From NCBI GenBank assembly GCA_018651345.1, contig JABIEF010000074.1, forward strand, positions 19,934 to 83,933: a stretch of DNA of 64,000 bases. The letters are read 5' to 3'. The stretch is from Rhodobiaceae bacterium. Its GTDB lineage: Bacteria; Pseudomonadota; Alphaproteobacteria; Rhizobiales; TMED25. The stretch's first letter is position 1. Each line of letters begins with the position of its first letter. This document shows positions 60,608-64,000 of this stretch, in pieces. The notes under the pieces were generated by a model, which saw only the letters and a program-made list of their open reading frames with translations, was not told where the DNA came from and did not search any database. The translations under genes were made by a program, and so were the position numbers.

Positions 60608-61228
60608 TTAGTTTAATTTATCTTTTAAATTATTAATCAGTGCATCTAGGCTATTCTTATTGTTTGAAATAAACGAAGTGAATTCTTCTCTTTTTTGCAA
60701 AGCTAATGATATTCCTGCAATTGATACATCAAGCACTTTAAGTTCATTATTACTTTTGTCTATGACCCACCAGGTAATGTCTGTAATTTTTCTTTTATCA
60801 GAACCTAAAATATCACCGTTAACCAGAAATTCAATTCCCTTTGAACCTTTATTTTTACAACTATTATTTATAATAGTATAATCATTACCTTCTTCATTAT
60901 CCAGCCTGTTATATATCATCTGTATAACAAGTTTTTTTATTAAAACATTATATTCTTCTGTCATTTCTGGCTTAAGTTTTCTTGCGTATTTTCCTAAAGC
61001 AACTTTTCCCATAGTTTCAAAATCTGCATTATCAATAAATAGCTTTTTGAAATAAAATTTCCTTTGATTTTTTGTATATTTTTCTGAACTTATAATTTCT
61101 GTTGCTTCAGAGCTAACCTTATTAACAAACATAAGAGCGCTTTCACAGGATTCTGCGGATGATTTTTGCGAATACAGTAATATAAACAAGAATAAAAATA
61201 ACGGTATAATTCTAATTTTTTTATACAT
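60608..61228 (-). CDS. mlaC: MlaC/Ttg2D-family periplasmic lipid-binding protein
   Basis: Signal peptide MYKKIRIIPLFLFLFILLYSQKSSA, then F.KLFIDNADFETMGKVALGKYARKL..E...Y, typical of MlaC. I prefer the ATG at 61228 over the track's 61288, which would overlap mlaA. Confidence 0.72.
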   Translation of the reverse strand: MYKKIRIIPLFLFLFILLYSQKSSAESCESALMFVNKVSSEATEIISSEKYTKNQRKFYFKKLFIDNADFETMGKVALGKYARKLKPEMTEEYNVLIKKLVIQMIYNRLDNEEGNDYTIINNSCKNKGSKGIEFLVNGDILGSDKRKITDITWWVIDKSNNELKVLDVSIAGISLALQKREEFTSFISNNKNSLDALINNLKDKLN

Positions 61229-61265
61229 TATAAAACCCGCTTTAGAGGACAATGAGAATCTTAAT

Positions 61266-62102
61266 TTAGAAGATAATATTAAGATCACTTCCTCTATCTA
61301 TAGAGTATTCACCCGAAGAATCGATAGCAATACCGTCATTAATTTCAGAAACTCTTCTTTGTCTATAGAAACTTCTAATTGCCGCATAATAATCCGTAGA
61401 TGTTGCTTCTGTTTCATCTAAAATATCTATAAGCTCTTCTCTTATAATTAAAGTTTCTGTTAATCCATAAGAAAGTCTTACGTCAGATGGTTGATCTGCT
61501 AAGTACCAAGTTAGAGGATGCGTAGCATAATCGACAACACGGCCCACTAGATGTCGTGGAGTTGATGGTCCAAAAATTGGTGAAACAATATATGGGCCAG
61601 ACGGTATACCACTTAATGCCATTGTTTGGGCAAAATCCTCACTATGATTAACAAGACCCATATCTGTAGCAGGGTCTCCTATTCCAAAAAAACCAATCGT
61701 TGAGTTTATAAGGAATCTTTTAAATGTAATTTCAGCTCTATCGAGTTTTCCTTGCAATAGATCATTTAATAAAACTATTGGTGTTTCAAGATTGCTAAGG
61801 AAGTTCCTGGCAGATAATCTTATAACAGAAGGAACTATGGCTCTGTAGACTTTTGCTACAGGCTCAACAAGCCCTTTATCTAAAGCATTATTAAATGCAA
61901 ATATTTTTCTGTTAACCCCTTCATAAGGATCTTCGTCTTTCATATATTTGATGGTTTCAGTATCTGTAACCGCATAAATTTCTTGATTATTTTCTGGAAC
62001 ATCAATATACGAATCAGCGGTAGCAGAGCCAACTAGGATCATTGTAAATAATAAAAAAGTTGATATTATCATAATATGTAAATTTAAATTTTTTTTAACC
62101 AT
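61266..62102 (-). CDS. mlaA: MlaA/VacJ-family outer-membrane lipid asymmetry protein
   Basis: 278 aa. DPYEGVNRKIFAFNNALDK....PVAKVYR, RNFLSNLETP, NSTIGFFGI.D and GPYIV.P..GPST.R. Confidence 0.85.
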   Translation of the reverse strand: MVKKNLNLHIMIISTFLLFTMILVGSATADSYIDVPENNQEIYAVTDTETIKYMKDEDPYEGVNRKIFAFNNALDKGLVEPVAKVYRAIVPSVIRLSARNFLSNLETPIVLLNDLLQGKLDRAEITFKRFLINSTIGFFGIGDPATDMGLVNHSEDFAQTMALSGIPSGPYIVSPIFGPSTPRHLVGRVVDYATHPLTWYLADQPSDVRLSYGLTETLIIREELIDILDETEATSTDYYAAIRSFYRQRRVSEINDGIAIDSSGEYSIDRGSDLNIIF

Positions 62103-62417
62103 GAAACCTCAAGTTAACTTATTATATTCTTATAGCATAATTTAATTAATTAGTATTAAAATTTAATAAACATTTTATTTTACTTTAGTTAAAAAAACAA
62201 TATATAGATGCTATTTAAATCTTATCAACAGTTATTATTAAATTTTCTTATTAGAATATTTTTACCTCATAGACATAATACGCGCCTAGTTAACGATTAG
62301 TTCAATAATCATTCTATGTTGGTAACAATTATTCTAATTCTTAATCAGCCAAATGAGATTATATCAACCTATAGCAGAGAAGGTCTTAATTACATTTTCT
62401 TCTAGACAAATAAGTTT

Positions 62418-62443
62418 TATAAGGATATAAACATATCCTTATA
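62418..62443. promoter_or_regulatory. perfect palindrome, candidate operator for the downstream ArsR-type regulator
   Basis: TATAAGGATAT-AAAC-ATATCCTTATA, with 11-bp perfect arms and a 4-bp spacer, ending 24 nt before the ATG at 62468. Confidence 0.4.
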
Positions 62444-62467
62444 TAGATTAATAATTGGTTTGAAAAA

Positions 62468-63442
62468 ATGTCTACCAGCAAAGAAATGAATCTTAATAAT
62501 GTCATACAAGCCATTAAAGCTGTTGGCGAAGAAACGAGACTTAGGATTCTAAGCTTATTAATGCATAGCGAGTTAAACGTACAAGATATATCTACTATTT
62601 TAGGGCAGAGTCAGCCAAGAATTTCTAGACACCTGAAGCTTCTTGATGAATCAGGATTGATTGAAAGAATAAGAGAGGGAAATTGGGTTTATTGTAAATT
62701 AAATCATGATTCTGATTTAATTAAATTAATCGACTTTGTAAATACTAATGATTTTGATAAGGATGTAAAAATTAGATTAGATTCATTGAGATTAGATGAA
62801 TTAAGAAATAAAAGGCAAATAGCATCGGTTGATTATTTCAATCGTATTGCTCGTGACTGGGATCAAATAAGTAAATTACATATTAATTCGGATCAGATAG
62901 AAAAAAATATAATAGATATTTTAAAAGATAGAAATCATTATAAAAAAATTATTGATTTTGGAACAGGTACCGGAAGAATGCTTGAAATATTAAATAACTA
63001 TTACAAAGAAGCGGTCGGTTTTGATAATAATCATCATATGATATCAATGGCAAGATCAAGAATTGATTCATTAAAATTAAAAAAATGTCAGATTAGGTAT
63101 TCTGACATAACAAATACATCTTTTAATGGAAATAGCGCTGATTTAGTAGTCATTCACCAGGTGCTTCATTACTTTGACAATCCGTATGATGTAATAAAAG
63201 AAGCATCTCGGTTATTAAAAGTTAATGGAGAGCTTTTTATTGTTGATTTTTCTTCGCATTCAATTGAGCTCTTAAGGAGTAAATATTCTCATAGAAGACT
63301 TGGATTCTCTTCAGATCAGATGAATGAGCTATTGAAAAATAATAATATAAAAGTTATCGAATTCAGAGAACTAAAAAGAGAAAGTGAATCTACTGATGAG
63401 AATCTGACTGTCACTTTATGGCTTGGAAAAAAAATTAAATAA
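62468..63442 (+). CDS. ArsR-type HTH fused to a SAM-methyltransferase-like domain (SahR-like methionine-cycle regulator)
   Basis: 324 aa. N-terminal ArsR wHTH (GEETRLRILSLL....NVQDISTILGQSQPRISRHLKLL.ESGLI) and a C-terminal class I methyltransferase fold (IIDFGTGTGRMLE, LVVIHQVLHYF). It lies directly upstream of metF, the architecture and context described for SahR. Confidence 0.72.
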   Translation: MSTSKEMNLNNVIQAIKAVGEETRLRILSLLMHSELNVQDISTILGQSQPRISRHLKLLDESGLIERIREGNWVYCKLNHDSDLIKLIDFVNTNDFDKDVKIRLDSLRLDELRNKRQIASVDYFNRIARDWDQISKLHINSDQIEKNIIDILKDRNHYKKIIDFGTGTGRMLEILNNYYKEAVGFDNNHHMISMARSRIDSLKLKKCQIRYSDITNTSFNGNSADLVVIHQVLHYFDNPYDVIKEASRLLKVNGELFIVDFSSHSIELLRSKYSHRRLGFSSDQMNELLKNNNIKVIEFRELKRESESTDENLTVTLWLGKKIK

Positions 63443-63452
63443 AGAATTGTTA

Positions 63453-64000
63453 ATGATGGAAATTACTGTAAAAAATAATAATAAAGAATTGAAGTATTCA
63501 TTGGAGATATTTCCCCCCAAGACCGTTAAGGAAGTAGATAGTTTAATTAAGAAACTAAAATCTATGAATTCACAACCTGAATTTATATCAGTAACATATG
63601 GTGCGGGTGGTTCAACTCAGAATGCTACGTTAGACCTTGTAACTTGTTTGCATAAAGAAACTAATATTGATGTTGCGGCTCATCTGACATGTGTTAACTC
63701 ATCAATCGATGATGTCATTGGCTTAGTAGAATTGTATGGTAAAGTAGGTATTAAAAAAATTGTAGCTCTAAGGGGGGACCCCCCTGAGGGTTTGGGTGTT
63801 CCTTATAGGCCTTATAAGAGTGGGTTTAAAAATACTGCCGATTTGGTTAGAAATATAAAAAAAGTAAATGATTTTGATATTTATGTGGCGGGATATCCAG
63901 AAATGCATCCAGAATCATTAGATAAGAAAAGAGATTTAGACACCCTTGAATCAAAGGTTAAGGCTGGAGCTCATAGCATAATAACACAATTTTTCTTTGA
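63453..64000 (+). CDS. metF: 5,10-methylenetetrahydrofolate reductase (partial; runs off the window)
   Basis: My own translation from the ATG at 63453: MMEITVKNNNKELKYSLEIFPPKT...FISVTYGAGGSTQ...AAHLTCV...IVALRGDPP...VAGYPE.HPE. The ORF is open to the window end, so it is absent from the ORF track. Confidence 0.88.
   Translation, partial: MMEITVKNNNKELKYSLEIFPPKTVKEVDSLIKKLKSMNSQPEFISVTYGAGGSTQNATLDLVTCLHKETNIDVAAHLTCVNSSIDDVIGLVELYGKVGIKKIVALRGDPPEGLGVPYRPYKSGFKNTADLVRNIKKVNDFDIYVAGYPEMHPESLDKKRDLDTLESKVKAGAHSIITQFFF

Overview
This is a densely coding, AT-rich chromosomal segment. Gene content and order look alphaproteobacterial: petABC, the carA / yqeY-dnaG-rpoD arrangement, uvrC-pgsA-moaDE, lgt-midA-pgeF, a UbiK-family gene and an ELM1-family gene. 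The low G+C and tight gene packing suggest a streamlined marine lineage such as Pelagibacterales, but that assignment is inference only. I support about 66 CDS (one partial at the 3' edge), 2 tRNA genes (both anticodon CAU), one plausible intrinsic terminator, one strong intercistronic stem-loop and one candidate operator palindrome. I found no rRNA, CRISPR array, transposase, integrase, phage gene, toxin-antitoxin pair or recognisable defence system. Roughly 14.6-55.6 kb and 60.6-64 kb are ordinary housekeeping genes covering respiration, translation, nucleotide synthesis, DNA repair, and transcription and replication. Two stretches look accessory, and each starts just downstream of a tRNA(CAU) gene. 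The first (0.1-14.6 kb) is a catabolic and transport island with no regulator gene. Its most unusual part is an operon of a Gfo/Idh/MocA dehydrogenase, TPP-dependent E1 alpha and beta subunits, and a free-standing 78-aa lipoyl domain, with no E2 core or E3 in the window. The second (55.9-60.5 kb) is a four-gene block: a long-form M24 metalloenzyme, a KdsB-like protein that has lost the CTP-binding motifs, a family III CoA-transferase and an isocitrate/isopropylmalate-family dehydrogenase. A perfect 17-bp hairpin sits between its first two genes. All functional calls come from motifs I can read in the translations and from recalled family knowledge. No database search was run.
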